This document shows, in pieces, positions 42,301 to 55,298 of a stretch of DNA of 64,000 nucleotides. A model generated the notes under the pieces. It was not told the DNA's origin, searched no databases, and saw only the letters and a program-made list of their open reading frames with translations. Source of the stretch: the human T2T-CHM13v2.0 reference genome, Homo sapiens; the NCBI RefSeq assembly GCF_009914755.1, contig NC_060935.1. One strand, given 5' to 3'. Within the stretch, counting starts at the first letter, position 1; each line of letters begins with the position of its first letter. The translations under genes were made by a program, and so were the position numbers.

Positions 42301-42999
42301 TCTCCGTAGGCCTCTCTCCGTGCAGGAAGTAGGCCACAGCATCTCATTAGGAGGGAGAGCATCCCTTGGCAGACTCGCATTTATGACTGTTCATACCAGC
42401 CTGCAGCCGCATCCTTGGCCCCAGGTCGCTAGGATTATTGAGGCCATCGTGATTTAGGACCTTGTCATGATGTCTGATGGGCACCAAGCATGGCCCCAGA
42501 CAAAGGTAGGCCTCTTGGCCCAGGCAGGGCCCTCCCTCCTAGGCTGGCAGGGCCCTTCCTGCCCCTCCCTGCTAGGCCAAGAGGTCCCCAGTCCTTTCAA
42601 TACGTTGTGCTGCTGAATGGGCTTGATAATCCAATTCTGGGAGAAAAGTGGTGGAGAACAGCAATTAAAGGCCGACCCAACTACATCTGGGGATGTGTGG
42701 AGTCACTAAAACCACTAATTCTGTTGCCACATAATGAGGTTTCTTCCCTTTTTTTGTCACCCTGGTCTCCCCTTGTCAGTTAAGGCCAAGCACAGAAGAG
42801 ATTGGTTACAGGAGGGTGAACGAGCCTGGAGGCAGCTGATAGCCCACAGGAAAATTTCCTCCTCTAGATCAGACACTCTGAGGGTTCTGGGGAGGGGACA
42901 CAGACTCCGGTCAGAAAGTCTAGGCTCAAGTCCTGGCCCATGGGCTGGAGATGTGTAATGCAGAAGAGAACTGGCTTGGAATCCAACACAGTTCCATAC

Positions 43000-43600
43000 A
43001 AACCCTGTGACCTTGGGACTGTGACCCAACCACTCTGACCATCAGCTTCCTCTTCTGTAACACAGGGTTAACCTAAGGTTGCTATGAAGAGACATATGCC
43101 TGACATGTGGCAAGAACCCAACACACAACAGATAGCAGAGTGCTGTATTATGTTTAGGCCCCTAGCAAGGCATTTGGCACGCAGTAAGTGCTCAATAAAG
43201 GGTAATCTCTAGTATTATTATGTGACCTCACGCAATTTGAGGCTTTCTTGGCCTCAGACTTTTTACCTGTAAAGTGGGGACAGAGACTGTCCCTGCCTTT
43301 CTCTTACAGTTGTTTAAGGAGTAAATGGGTTAATTCACATTTAGAGAACAGCATCTGGCTCAGAGTTAAGGCTCCCTGTAAGTTAGCAATGATTGTTCTG
43401 GTAGCTTTCTGAGCTTGAACGAGTTGCTTACCTTCTCTGAATCTCAGTTCTCTCTTCTGAAAAAAAAAAAAAAAAGATTTAAAAATAACACCATCTGTCG
43501 TGTCTACCACACAGGGTTGTTGTGTGGTATTAATTAATCAGATGAGATAGTGTTGATGAGAACATTGGCGATCTGTAAGTGCTCTACAAGTATTAACTGT
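43000..43600 (+). mobile_element. Cluster of MIR fragments
   Basis: Three MIR cores (TGTGACCTTGGG; GGCCTCAGACTTTTTACCTGTAAAGTGGG; TCTCTGAATCTCAGTTCTCTC) with MIR 3' ends. Confidence 0.7.
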
Positions 43601-43609
43601 TAGCATCAT

Positions 43610-44495
43610 GCCATCAAAAGGTAATTAGTTGGTAAATAAAGACAAAGAGTCAAGCATTTTTCCCATCTTTCCTATACAAACTGTACTACTGGGTACCGAA
43701 ATTGCAGATGAGGGGATGTTTCTCCTTTTAGAAGTATTCCAGCTCGTAAATGAGGAAGGGATGATAGGATTGGAATCTCACCATTTTGCAACCCCTAATG
43801 GATTAATGGATCCAAGCTGTGAGCATCCATACCTCCTGACATCCCCAAGCTGGAGACAACAAGCATGATGTGCCTCCTGATGGAAACGCACAGCACTGTG
43901 AGGTTGTATGACTGAAAAAGCCAACCCTGAACCTGATCAAGCCTCAAAAATGAATTGTCGACTTACAGGAAATACAGAAGACAGAGGAGTGAAGCCACCA
44001 TGGGGATGCAATCAGGAAAGCCCACACTGTGGAAACACACAGGTCAAGCATCTGGTTTCTTCAATAAATAAAATTTTTAAAAGAGAGAAATAGGGATTAC
44101 AGATTGAAAAAGACTTAGACATATCAACCAACCTCATTTGGATGCCAGTTCAAACAAACTAAAAAAAATAAATAAAAGTAAGACATGTATAAAGCAACTG
44201 GAAATGTGAACAGTCACTGGACATTTGATCTTATTAAGGATTTATTGTTAATTTTTAGAGAGATAATTGTATTATGGTTATGTAAAAACAGTATAAAAGT
44301 GTACTGAGATAAACATGGATAGAATATATGGTATACAGGGTTTGCTTCAAAAACAATATGGTGTGGTGGGTGAGTATAGAAATGAAACAAGATTGATACT
44401 TTTTGAAGCTGGGTAAAAGCTGTAGGGGGTATCATTATAATACTCTCTATTTTGTACATGTTTGAAATTTTCAACAATAAAATGTTAAAAAGAAC
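43610..44495 (+). mobile_element. L1MC4-like 3' end
   Basis: GAAGTATTCCAGC...CACCATTTTGCAACCCCTAATG...TTTGAAATTTTCAACAATAAAATG. Confidence 0.7.
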
Positions 44496-44734
44496 AACTG
44501 AATTAGTCAGGGACAAGCCTTCATCAGGCATCCTGAGATTGCATGTAATTCAAGCGCTACAGGGGTTATTTTCATAAGGACAAAAGGCCCCAGTGTCAGT
44601 CTTTCTGAGATGGGTGGCTCTCCCTTTCAGTTCTTGACAAATTTGTTCTTTTTGCATGCCCATAGTTACAGTCTCCAGGATAGCATACAGGTTGGCTTTA
44701 CAGTCATTTTTAAATAACACTTGGAGTTTCTCAC

Positions 44735-45121
44735 TGTATTAGTCCATATTCACACTGCTATGAAGAAATACCCAAGACTGGGTAATTTATAAAGAAAAAG
44801 AGGTTTAATGGACTCCCAGTTCCACATGGCTGGGGAGGCCTCACAATCATGGTGGAAGGCAAAGGAGGAGTAAAGGCAAGTCTTACATGGCAGCAGGCAG
44901 GAGAGTGTGTGCAGGGGAACTGCCCTTTATAAAACCATCAGACCTCATGAGACTTATTCACTGTGACGAGAACAGCACGGGAAAAACCTGCCCCATGATT
45001 TAGTTGCCTTCCATCGTGGAAGGCAACTCCAAAGACACGCGGAGATTCCCAAGACACGTGGAGATTCTGGGAGCTACAGTTCAAGATGAGATTTGGATGG
45101 GGACACAGCCAAACCCTATCA
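44735..45121 (-). mobile_element. THE1C-like MaLR solo LTR
   Basis: TGTATTAGTCC...GGGGACACAGCCAAACCCTATCA; perfect TSD CTCAC at 44730-34 and 45122-26. Confidence 0.93.
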
Positions 45122-45599
45122 CTCACCTTCTGTCTTTTTCTGAAACCATCCTCTGGGGCTTCTGAAGCAATGCTGAGATAGTCAGGGAAGACTACCTGAA
45201 GGAGGTGGCCAAAGAGGAGAAAAAGATATTCCAGCCAAAGCAAAAGCTCAGAGGCAGGCAAGCTCACAGCTTTTACAGACTAGTGAGGAGAGGGGCCTGG
45301 CTGAAGCAAGGAAGGTTTGGTGCTGGGGCAACCTTGGGTACTGAAGATTCACTCAGTACTGGAGCCCTGAGTGTCTGATGAGGTCTGGTTTCCTTGTGAC
45401 ACTGCACAGCTCAATAGCTCTGAATGCTCATAAAAGAAAACCAAGTGTGTTTCTGTGATTTAATAAGGTGTTGGCATTACACAAGCTGAATTAGCAGGGA
45501 AAGAAGATGAAGCAAAGAAGGGATCAGGAAGAAAGGGGAGCCTCTTACACAGGTACCAACACAGACCAGAATCTCTCAGAGTATTCAGAAAAATCCCAA

Positions 45600-45808
45600 T
45601 CCTTCAAGATCCTACATGAAAAAGGAGGATCCCAAACTCCATGGACAAGAGTTTGGGAAATACTGCATTGGTTCCTCTTAGAGTCACAATTTTCATTAAC
45701 ATGTAAAGGTCCTGAGAAGTCCTATAGGAAATAAAACATTTTGATTGTGTTTTACTTAGAGTTTAACCACAAAACACCTCTATTTCTCTGTTTTGGGGAA
45801 ACCCTGCC
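45600..45808. mobile_element. MER112-like hAT-Charlie element
   Basis: AGTTTGGGAAATACTGCA...AAAGGTCCTGAGAAGTCCT...TTTGGGGAAACCCTG. Confidence 0.55.
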
Positions 45809-46123
45809 TTAGATCATAAGACACAGTTGTACAAAGCCTCCATACCTTCTGGTTCTAGACCTATTTGTTGATCTGTGACCCTAATTCCATACTTACCCCT
45901 GAGGCCCCCAGCCCACACCCCCACCTGACTTTCAGTCCCACAGCTGGGACCAGAATCTGTGCAGTGCACTGAGGATGCTCCAGAGCAAGACCCAGAAAAG
46001 ACTTAGGGTCTCACCCAGCCTGTCACCATGAGTTCCCAAGCATGGATTTTAAATATGAATGAAGTAGTCATATATTACATGGGGAGAAATATGGGGGAGT
46101 GAGTACCAAGACACCTTCCCCTC

Positions 46124-46918
46124 TGCTGTGGTTTCAATGTTTCCCCCAAAGTTAACGTGTTGGAAACTTAATCCCCAATGCAACAGTGTTGATAGGTGGG
46201 ACCTTTAACAGGTGAATAGATTAATGCTATACTAGCCCGTCCTCGCATTGCTATAAAAAATACCTCAGACTGTGTCATTTATAAAGAAAATCGGCCTAAT
46301 TGGCTCACAGTTCTGCAGCCTGTACAGCAAGCATGATCCTGGCATCTCCTCAACTTCTGGTGAGGCCTCAGGAAACTTACAATCATGGCAGAAGGCAAAA
46401 GGGGAGCAAGATGTCTCACCTGGTAGGAGTAGGAGCAGGTGGAGGGTGCTACACACTTTCAAACAACCAGATCTCACAAGAACTCACTCATTATCACAAG
46501 GACAGTACCAAAGGAATGATGCTAAACCATTCATGAAAAACCACCCCCATGATCCAGTCACCTCCCACCAGGCCCCACCTTCAACACTGGGGATTATAAT
46601 TTGACATGAGATTTTGACAGGGACACAGATACAAACCATATCACATATTATTGTCACAGGTGTGGGTTAGTTATCACGGGAGTGGGCTTCTGATATAAAG
46701 GATGGCTTTGGTCCCCTTCCTCTCTCATACAAGCATGCTCTCTTGCTCTTCCACCTTCTGCCTTGGGATGATGCAGCAAGAGAAGGTCCTCACCAGGCAC
46801 AGTCACCTGGAACTTGGACTTCCCAGCCTCTAGAACCACGAGCCAATTAAATTTATATTTATTATAAATCACCCAGTCTCAGATATTCCATTATGGCAAC
46901 ATAAAATGGACTAAGACA
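46124..46918 (+). mobile_element. MSTC/MSTD-like solo LTR, interrupted by MSTA
   Basis: TGCTGTGGTTT...TGTTGGAAACTTAATCCCCAATGCAACAGTG...GATTAATGC|...TTATCACGGGAGTGGG...GGACTAAGACA. Confidence 0.85.
46228..46643 (-). mobile_element. MSTA/MSTB-like solo LTR nested in opposite orientation
   Basis: GCATTGCTATAAAAAATACC...GGCCTCAGGAAACTTACAATCATGGC...AAACCATATCA. Confidence 0.88.
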
Positions 46919-47878
46919 GCCCTTCACTCTCTGAAACAGTATAAGAATTGTTGGCCTAGAAGGTCTATGGCCTGTAATGCTGGCTCAGACTCTGTGTTTC
47001 ATTAAAAGTCTTTGTCCTTGATCCCGGGGGCAGGCTCTGTCCCTTTAGCTTGAGCACTGCAGGAGGACTCACCTGGTAGGCTCCACGGCCAACCTGTACA
47101 GTATTATCCAGGCTGTGCCATTCCACCCAGCTGCCAACATCCAATCTCAGTTACTGTATAGAGCATGAAAAGGATCCTCTCTTGCCCCCTTGCTGGACTG
47201 AAGCTGCTGATCTTAGAGTAGGAGGGGTCCATGAAGGGAGATGCTCCCCAACTCCCACCCTTCCTATGCATGACTCATTCAAAAGCTACATCTTGAGCAA
47301 TTACCATTACCATGTGCTGTTATGGAATCTGAGGAGACAGCAGTGAACTAGCAGTGGGGGCCGGGACAGAAAGTAAAGTCTAAACATAATGAGCAAATTG
47401 GTATAGAATAATAGAATGACAAGAAAAACAAGAAAAATGAAACAGGAAAAGAAGATGAGTATCTGGGGCAGGGGTGTCTACAGTCCTAACTTTTTGCCTT
47501 AGTTTTCTCCATAGCACTTACCATCATCTGGCCAACTATATCTTTCACTCATTCATTTGTTTAGTGTTTCTCCTTCCACTCCAATGGGAGCTCTGTAGGG
47601 CCAGGAAGTTCGATCTCTCTTGTTCACAGCTGTTCCCATGTAGTAAATCCTCAATAAGTATTTGTTGGACGAACGAAGCAGTCTGTGTGTCTGGCATCCT
47701 TCCTGACATCCCCTTCCCTCTCCAGGGAGAGAGTTTATCTCAGCAGCTGATGGGAAAGAGCGGTGGAGCACCCTGGCTGCAGCCTTGACCAGTGGAGGTT
47801 CTGGCTGCAGACTTTACCTTGTGGCCCAACCTCCCCCCATCACCCCAGATCTCACTCAGCCTCTTCCCCCAGGGAGAG

Positions 47879-48264
47879 TGTATTAGTCTATTCTCACAAT
47901 ACTATAAAGAACTACCTGAGACTGGGTAATTTATGAAGAAAAGAGGTTTAATTGACTTGCTTTTCTGCAGGCTGTACAGGAAGTATGGCTAGGAGGCCTC
48001 AGGAAACTTACAATCATGGTGGAGGGCAAAGAGGAAGCAAGCACATCTTACCATGGCAGGGCAGGAGAGAGAGAAAGAGTGAAGGAGGTTGTGCTACACA
48101 TGTTCAAACAACCAGATCTCATGAAAACTCACTCACTATCACAAGAAGAGTAAAGGGGAATTCCTCGCCATGATCCAATCACCTCCCACCAGGTCCCTCC
48201 CCCAACATTAGGCATTACAATTCAACATGCGATTTGGGTGGGGACACAGAGCCAAACTATATCA
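47879..48264 (-). mobile_element. MSTA/THE1D-like solo LTR
   Basis: TGTATTAGTC...GCAGGCTGTACAGGAAG...GGGGACACAGAGCCAAACTATATCA; near TSD GAGAG/GAGGG. Confidence 0.9.
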
Positions 48265-48409
48265 GAGGGTGAACCCAAGCCTCACAGGCCTCCCAGCCTT
48301 CAGGAGATGGACAGCTGGGAGATGACCTGATGGCTGCAGGCCCAGAAGGCAGGTCAGTGTCCAGCTGCCATCACTGATCCCCAGGGTGGGTGCAGCAGCT
48401 TTTTCCCTG

Positions 48410-49030
48410 CTCCGCCCAGCCAGGGCCATCCTGCTAAACAGACATCAGGCCTCATCACTCCTCTGCTGAAAGACCTCTGGAGGCTCCCATCTCACTCAGA
48501 ACAAAAACCAGTGTCTTTGATCTTCTCCCACAAGTCCAGTGTCTGGCCTCTCCCTCCACCCTCCCATAATCACATTCTGAGCCATGTCTTCCCAGCTTCA
48601 CTGTCTCCCCTGGCTTGTCCTCAGATATCCATCACACTCCTGCCCCAGGACCTTTGCACTTTCTACTCCTTCAACCTGGAACTTTCTGTCCTGGTATTCA
48701 CATGGCTGGCACCCTCTCAATGTTCAACTAGCTGCTCAATACTGCCACTCCTCACAGAGGTCTTCCCTGACCAGCCCACCCCAAATTGTCACCCCCTTAT
48801 CCTTCTCTATCTTTTTTGGCTTTCCTTTTTACTTATGGCTCTTCTTACCACTTGACATTATATTATATATGTATTCAATTGTTCATTGTCTGTATCATAA
48901 GAATACAGGCACCACAAGGACAACAATGCTGCTACTTTACTGACTACTGTATTCTCAGCACCTGAAACAGTGGCAGGCACATAGTAGGTGCTCAGGAGAT
49001 TTTTGTTGAATGAATGAACAAATGAGCCAG
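48410..49030 (+). mobile_element. L2 3' fragment
   Basis: CAGGACCTTTGCAC...GGCACATAGTAGGTGCTCA...TTGTTGAATGAATGAA. Confidence 0.8.
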
Positions 49031-49522
49031 CCTGTCAGTGGGCACCTCGCGGAGACAAATTCCCCAGGGAACGTGGGCAATGCTTCTGTTTCCTGGTCTA
49101 CCCTTACACATAGAAGCTGGGCCGGGCTGGGGCTCAGCCCCTAGTCTGGGAAAATATTCCTCACTGAGACAGGCTGAGGGTTCAGAGTTCCCAGGAAGGG
49201 GAATGGACACACCCTCCCTCCATGTATTGTGAGAGTAGCCTCTCTATCTCCCTACCTCCCTGGCAGGTGGCCAGCCAGGCTCTCCAAGCCCTGCAGGGAC
49301 AGAAAGCCCCCTCCCTGTCTTACCGAAAAGAATTAATAACAGAATGGGAGGGTGATCTGATGACAAGAGCCATATGTTTCAGAAACGTGGAAACTCCAGA
49401 AAACACAATGCAGAAATAAACCACAAGCCATGTATATACCACTTTCTTTTTTCTTTTTACAAAACTGAAATCCAATGGCCCACTTTATGTTGTAACCAAC
49501 TTTATTCTTAACTTTATATTGG

Positions 49523-49901
49523 CATTATGGTTTGGCTCTCTGTCCCCACCCAAATCTCACCTTGAATTGTAATAATCCCCATGTATTGTGGGAGGGACCC
49601 AGTGGAAAGTAACCAAATCACAGGGGCAGGTTTTCCCATGCTGTTCTCATGCTGTTCTCACTATCTCATGATAGTGCATAAGTCTCATGAGATCTGATGG
49701 TTTTACAAAGGGGAGTTCCCCTGCACATGCTCTCTTGCCTGCCGCAGTGTAAGAGGTGGCTTTGGTCCTCCTTTACCTTCCGCCATGATTGTGAGGCCTC
49801 CCCAGCCATGTGGAACTGTGAGTCCATTACACCTCTTTTTCTTTATAAATTACCCAGTCTCAGGCATGCCTTTATTAGCAGTGTGAAAACAGGCAAATAC
49901 A
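49523..49901 (+). mobile_element. THE1B/C-like solo LTR within an old L1 fragment
   Basis: TATGGTTTGGCTCTCTGTCCCCACCCAAATCTCACCTTGAATTGTAATAATCCC...AAATACA. Confidence 0.9.
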
Positions 49902-50429
49902 ACCGGGAACACATTCCATATGCCTTTAGACACTTATTCTATAACACTATTCTTAACGGTTGTCTTATATTCTAGAACCCGACAAAACTACAATGGCATT
50001 TTTAACCAGTCCCCTGTTGTTGGACATTTAGGTTCCTTCGGATGTTTCATTCTTGGAAACAGTGTTACAGTGAGCACCCTGCATCATACATCTCAGTGCT
50101 CACCTCTGACTGTTTCTTCAGGACCAATTCCCTCTCTGGACAAAGCTGGGAGTCAAATCCAGGCTGGTGAAGGAGGCAGCGGTCCTGTTTTGTTCCTTCT
50201 GCTCTGAGCAGTGCTTAGTGGTCCTCAAAGGTCCCCCGCACATTCCCCTCTCCTCATCACAGCCTTGCCCAAGACCTGCACTTTTCAAAAGTAGAGCATC
50301 CCATGTGGGCAAGTTTGGACATCCTCAGAAAGTCCTTTTTGTGGATTCACATGCGTTTGTCCAAAAGGAACATGTAGTGTTTCACATTTTATTCATGCAT
50401 ATATCAATGTGGTGTCTAGGCTGCTTGAG

Positions 50430-50980
50430 ATCATAAGCAAGTCCATTCCCTCCTCTGAGGCTCAGTTTCCTTCTCTGTATGATGAGTGGATGAGATGGCC
50501 TCAGAGTCCCTTTCTGCCCCATCCTACCAGGGAATCTCCAGAAGTGCTGCATGATATAGAAGGGGTCTCGGTGTGGGATCTGCCAGCCTGGCTTTGAATA
50601 CCAGCTTGCGAAATACTAACTATATGATCTTCAGCAGCTTCCTTGAGCTCTCTGTGCCTCAGTTTCCCCTTCTATGTAATGGGGTAACAATAATGTCCGC
50701 ATCCCACATCACAGGCGTGTGGGGAAGAATCAACGAGATTCACCTGAGCCACCTCTTGACACAGTGCCTGGCTCAGGACATGGTGCTCAGTAAATCTACT
50801 TTTATTATGACAACAAGACTTGATCTTTCAAATCCTTTATCTCATTGACCACACTGATGTTGTCCCTGTTTTATCAATGAAGTAACAGGCTTGGAGATAG
50901 TGAGACTTGTCTCAGGTCACATGGCCAGTTCAGGGGCATAGCCAGGCTTATCCATGCTCTGACTCCCACTCCAGTGCTGT
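50430..50980. mobile_element. MIR cluster
   Basis: CTCTGTGCCTCAGTTTCCCCTTCTATGTAATGGGG (+); GGTCACATGGCCAG (-). Confidence 0.7.
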
Positions 50981-52676
50981 CTGCATCTGGAATGCAGACC
51001 CCCAACAGTGGCCCAGCCCCGCAGTGGTTCCAGGGACCGTGGGAGACCTTGTGGCTGAGGGTCGAGCCTGTGGTTCTTTCATTCCCCCTCCCCATACTTG
51101 ACCTTCAGCCTCCGCACTGAGGCGCCTTTTTCACAGGGCAAGCATGGGCAGCTAAGAGGAGTGGGTGGCAGCACATGGCACATCAGATGGTCAGAAAACA
51201 ATGCCAGGTGCTGCTGAGCTGGAAGAGCCAGAGTGGCCAATAGGCTTTTGTCAAAATTTTTTAAAAAGTGAAACTCAGAGGAACATTTTCCTCCCCAGAA
51301 GAAAAGGTGTGCAGCCCACCTGGTAGGTAGGTCCAGGCATGGACCCAGCAACAGAGGCAAGTGGAGGACCTGCCCTCCCTGGTGACTCTGGGTGAGCCTC
51401 AGCTGGTGGGTTGCAGAGCTGCCCTGGCCCCAGAAGACTCAAGGCTGCCTTAAGACTCTGCTCCAAAACACCATGGAGTCTGTGCTCCACTGGCTCAGGG
51501 AATGCTGGGGCCCTTCCACCTCCCTGAGCTTTACCCTGGGGATGGTGATACAAGTCTTCTCTGTTCCCAGGCCCTCCAGACCTCCTTGGATGAGGAGCAG
51601 AGAAGGATCCGGGCAGGTACATGGCCCATCTGCAAAGCCCACCCAGCAACAGCCCAACCCCTCACCATCACCCTGTCTTCCCCCAGCCCAGGAAATAACC
51701 CTGCGCCTTCCAAATCTTTGGGTTTTCACCTGGTTCTTTCTATCCTCCACCACCCACCACCACCTCCACCCTCCACCCACACACACACATTTGAGCTTCA
51801 GTTTTGACACTCAAAAGACAAGAACTGACTACTGACTTCCACTGAGTCATCCCTACCCTGCAGCAGTGAATTTCCTGAGCCCAACTGCCCTATAAAGAAA
51901 GAGGAAATGCCAGAGAAAGAAGAAAGATTAATATTTCAAAAAAGAAAACCATCTGGCCATATAATTTTACATTTATTCTTATGATCAGTTAATCTCTATC
52001 TCCCTTAGACCATAAATTCCATGAGGGCAGGACCCGCATCTGATTGGCTCACTGTCCTATCTCCAGTGTCTAAGACAGGGGACCTAACACACAAGGAAGA
52101 ATGAAGATCAGAAGAATGAAGAGCCAGCCATCCTCCTTTCTTGGGTTCCCTAGGTGAGCTCAGAAAGGACCCCTAGAAGCACAGAATGGAGAGGTTGAAC
52201 CAGACCTGTGGTTGCTGAGCTGGGCTCTATGAAGGCAGTTGTGTGAATCTTGTTTTCAAGATTTTAAAAAGTCTAACAAAGTCAATCCTCCTCACCTTCC
52301 TGGGACAGCTTACACAAGCTCACCAAGATGGCAGCCTCATTGATTTTTCCCAACTGTCCAGGGACTCTGGTTAACTATTAATGACATCACACACCCCAAC
52401 CCAATTCCAGCTTATGAGCCCAGTACTGCCAGTGTCTACATGGCATTAAATGAGCATGTGACGGCCGTTGGCTTCCCTGTGAGTGTGGGTTGTGGTAGAA
52501 AAAAATGTGGCAGGGAACACAATGCAAATTGTCCCCTAAAGATCCAAATGAGCTTTGATGGAGAGAAGTTTTGGAACCCTAACTTAACAGATGCTTGGAG
52601 TTCCTCCCAGAACCAAACACCTCAGGTGGGCACTTTCTTTCCCAGATCACTTTCTTCGTCATCAAAAATACCCTGA

Positions 52677-52970
52677 ACCCTGGTGCAGAGGTTCACACCT
52701 GTAATCCCATCACTTTGGGAAGCCCACACGGGAAGATCGCCTGAGCCCAGGAGTTCGAGACCAGCCTGGTGAAATAGTAAAACCGCATCTCTACAAAAAA
52801 AAATTTTAAAAATTAGCATGGTGGCATGCATCTGTAGTCCCAGCTACTTAAGAGGCTGAGATGAGAGAATGGCTTGAGCCCAGGGGTTCAAGGCTGCCGT
52901 GAGCTAGGATCACTCCACTCCAGCCTGGGTGATAGAGCGGGACCCTGTCACTTAACAAGATAATAATAAT
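52677..52970 (+). mobile_element. AluJ
   Basis: GATCGCCTGAGCCCAGGAGTTCGAGACCAGCC...AAGGCTGCCGTGAGCT; approximate TSD AAAATACCCTGA / AAAGTCCCCTGA. Confidence 0.9.
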
Positions 52971-53430
52971 AAAGTCCCCTGAGCCCAGAAGGAGGGAGAG
53001 AAGGGAAGTGGAAGGAGCAAAGTCATCCCTTTGGATCCTGGGGAAGACTAGCAGCAGTTCTGAAGAGATACAAAGCCCTGATTTCCATCAGGGGCTGTAA
53101 TGGGGAAGACACTGGACCCCTCCCTAGGACCTGCTTTCCCTGGCACCTCCCACTTCCCCTGAGTGGAAAAGCAGGCCCAGGGCTGGCTCCTAGGGCCCAC
53201 AGCCCAGAGCCTGCTGCATGGGATTTTAAATTGTCTCTCTCAAAGTCGTTGCCAATACCAATATTAACAACGGCTCACTCTTAATGAACTGCTTACTCTT
53301 CTCTGGCCATGAGTCATGGAGGGCATTTTACAGACATTTGCTCATTTCTTTTCAACCCTCACAACAAGGCCTTGAGAAAAGTATAATATTATGCTCATTT
53401 TACAGATGAGGAAACTGAGGCCCAGAGAGT

Positions 53431-54208
53431 TATGATAGATTATTGCAGTAATGGCCCCCAATTTGTTCATGCACTACCCTGGGCAGTGCCCTTCCACCCT
53501 GGCTCAGGACTTGACCATGGGACTTACTTTGGCCAATAAGAAAGAAGCAAGCATATTCCAGGCACAGTGGCTCACACCTGTAATCCCAGCACTTTGGGAG
53601 GCCGAGGCAAATGGATCGCTTGAGCTCAGGAGTTTGAGGCCAGCCTGGGAAACATAGCAAAACCCCATCTCTGCCAAAAATACAAAAATTATCCAGGCAT
53701 GGTGGTGCACGCCTGTGGTCCCAGCTGCCCAGGAGGCTGAGGTGGAAGAGCTGCTGGAGCCTGGGAAGTCAAGGCTGCAGTGAACCATGATCATGCCACT
53801 ACACTCCAACCTGGGTGACAGAGAGAGAGCCTGTCTCAAAAAATAAAAAGAAAGGAGCAAGCATAATGCCTGCAGGGGCTCGAAAAGTGCTTGCACACTG
53901 GGGCTTCTCTCTCACTGCCTCTGAAGCCCTTTTACCACTCTGTGAACAGGCGCAGGCTTGTGGAGAGAGCCCCATAGTTCATCATCCCAGAGGAAGCCAA
54001 ATTAATCAGCCAGTTCCAGGGATCCACCAGCTAATGGCAGACACAAGAGTGAGCCCAGCCAAGATCATTCAAGCCTTGCCCAGACCAGGACAGCTCAGCT
54101 GATCCCAGTGGAAATTGCTGATTCCCAAATCACAAGCTACATGAATGTTTGTTGCATTAAGCCACAGAGTTGTGAGGTGTTTGCTGCATAGCAAAAGCAC
54201 CTGACACA
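53431..54208 (+). mobile_element. MLT1F/G-like LTR inserted in a MIR and interrupted by AluJ
   Basis: MIR (53270-53430) resumes at 54209; LTR motifs ACTTACTTTGGCCAAT, AAAGTGCTTGCACACTGGGGCTT, TTAAGCCAC...GACACA. Confidence 0.75.
53556..53847 (+). mobile_element. AluJ
   Basis: AluJ diagnostics; 18-bp TSD AAGAAAG(A/G)AGCAAGCATA at 53538-55 and 53848-65. Confidence 0.95.
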
Positions 54209-55298
54209 GAGGTGAAGTCATTTGTACAAGGTCACACAGCAGGGCTAGAATTCAAACCCAACCTTTCTGTGCAGTTAAGAGCATGTGCTCTTAACACTAA
54301 AGCTGTAGTGTTTACAAAGTCCATTTATTTTCATTGCAGGTCCCTAGTGAGTCTATGAATCGATCATCTCTGCGTGGAAACTCAGAGATGTCAAGGGACC
54401 TACCTTAGGTCACACAGCTGCTAAGAGCTGGCGGAGGACTTCCAGCCCAGTTCCTTTAATTCCACCTTCCTGCTGTTCCTGCCACTCCATGAAGGCTGGA
54501 ACAGCCAGAGCCCAGGGTGCTGGTTTACAAATCAGCCTCTTCCTCAACCTCTGAGGTCCTCCACAGTCCTCCTTATGTCTCATGAAGGACCCAAGGTTCT
54601 ACCTCCCGCCATGAGTTTCTCAGACAGAACAGGTGGCACCCTCGCTGGGGAGTCAGGACAGTGGAGCCGCCTCTTCCCAACCCTCACCCTCCCCTCCCTG
54701 TATAGTAGGAGCTGTCGGTTGTCCTGGATACAGCAGGTAATGGGAAGGATGGCAGCTGAGGTCACAGCGTGAACCAGGATGGCTGTGGGCAGGGAGAAAT
54801 GGCTTCCCAGACATACTTGTGCCCTTTCACCCAGGCTGGAGTGAGAGAGGAGGGTGCAGCTGGCCTGGCCATGCCCATGCTAGCATAGGAGACCAGAGGT
54901 CCCGATGAGATTCCCGGGATGGGCTGAGAGTAGGGGGAGGTGAGTCAACCGCCCAGGCCTCCCACATCTAATTGCAAGGCAGTGGAAAGGGAATGTCATA
55001 TACCCATGTGGAGTCCCATGAGGTGAAAACAGCCACTTGAGGGTCCAGCTGAGGCCCTGGCCTGATTGAGTAGCTACAGAGTAAGGACCTAGGAACGAGG
55101 TCTCCTTCCCAGAGGAGGGACTTGAAGTGATGGGGTCCCTTTACCTCCTCCAAAACCACAACATAAACAAGGAAGAGGCAGCTGTGGCCCAAGGCAAAGA
55201 AAATGTCTTAAAGCCATTCTGACCCAGATTTGACTCCCACATCCCCTCCCTACCACGCTCGACAGATTCCTCAATATCTCCGAGCCTCAGCTTCTCAT

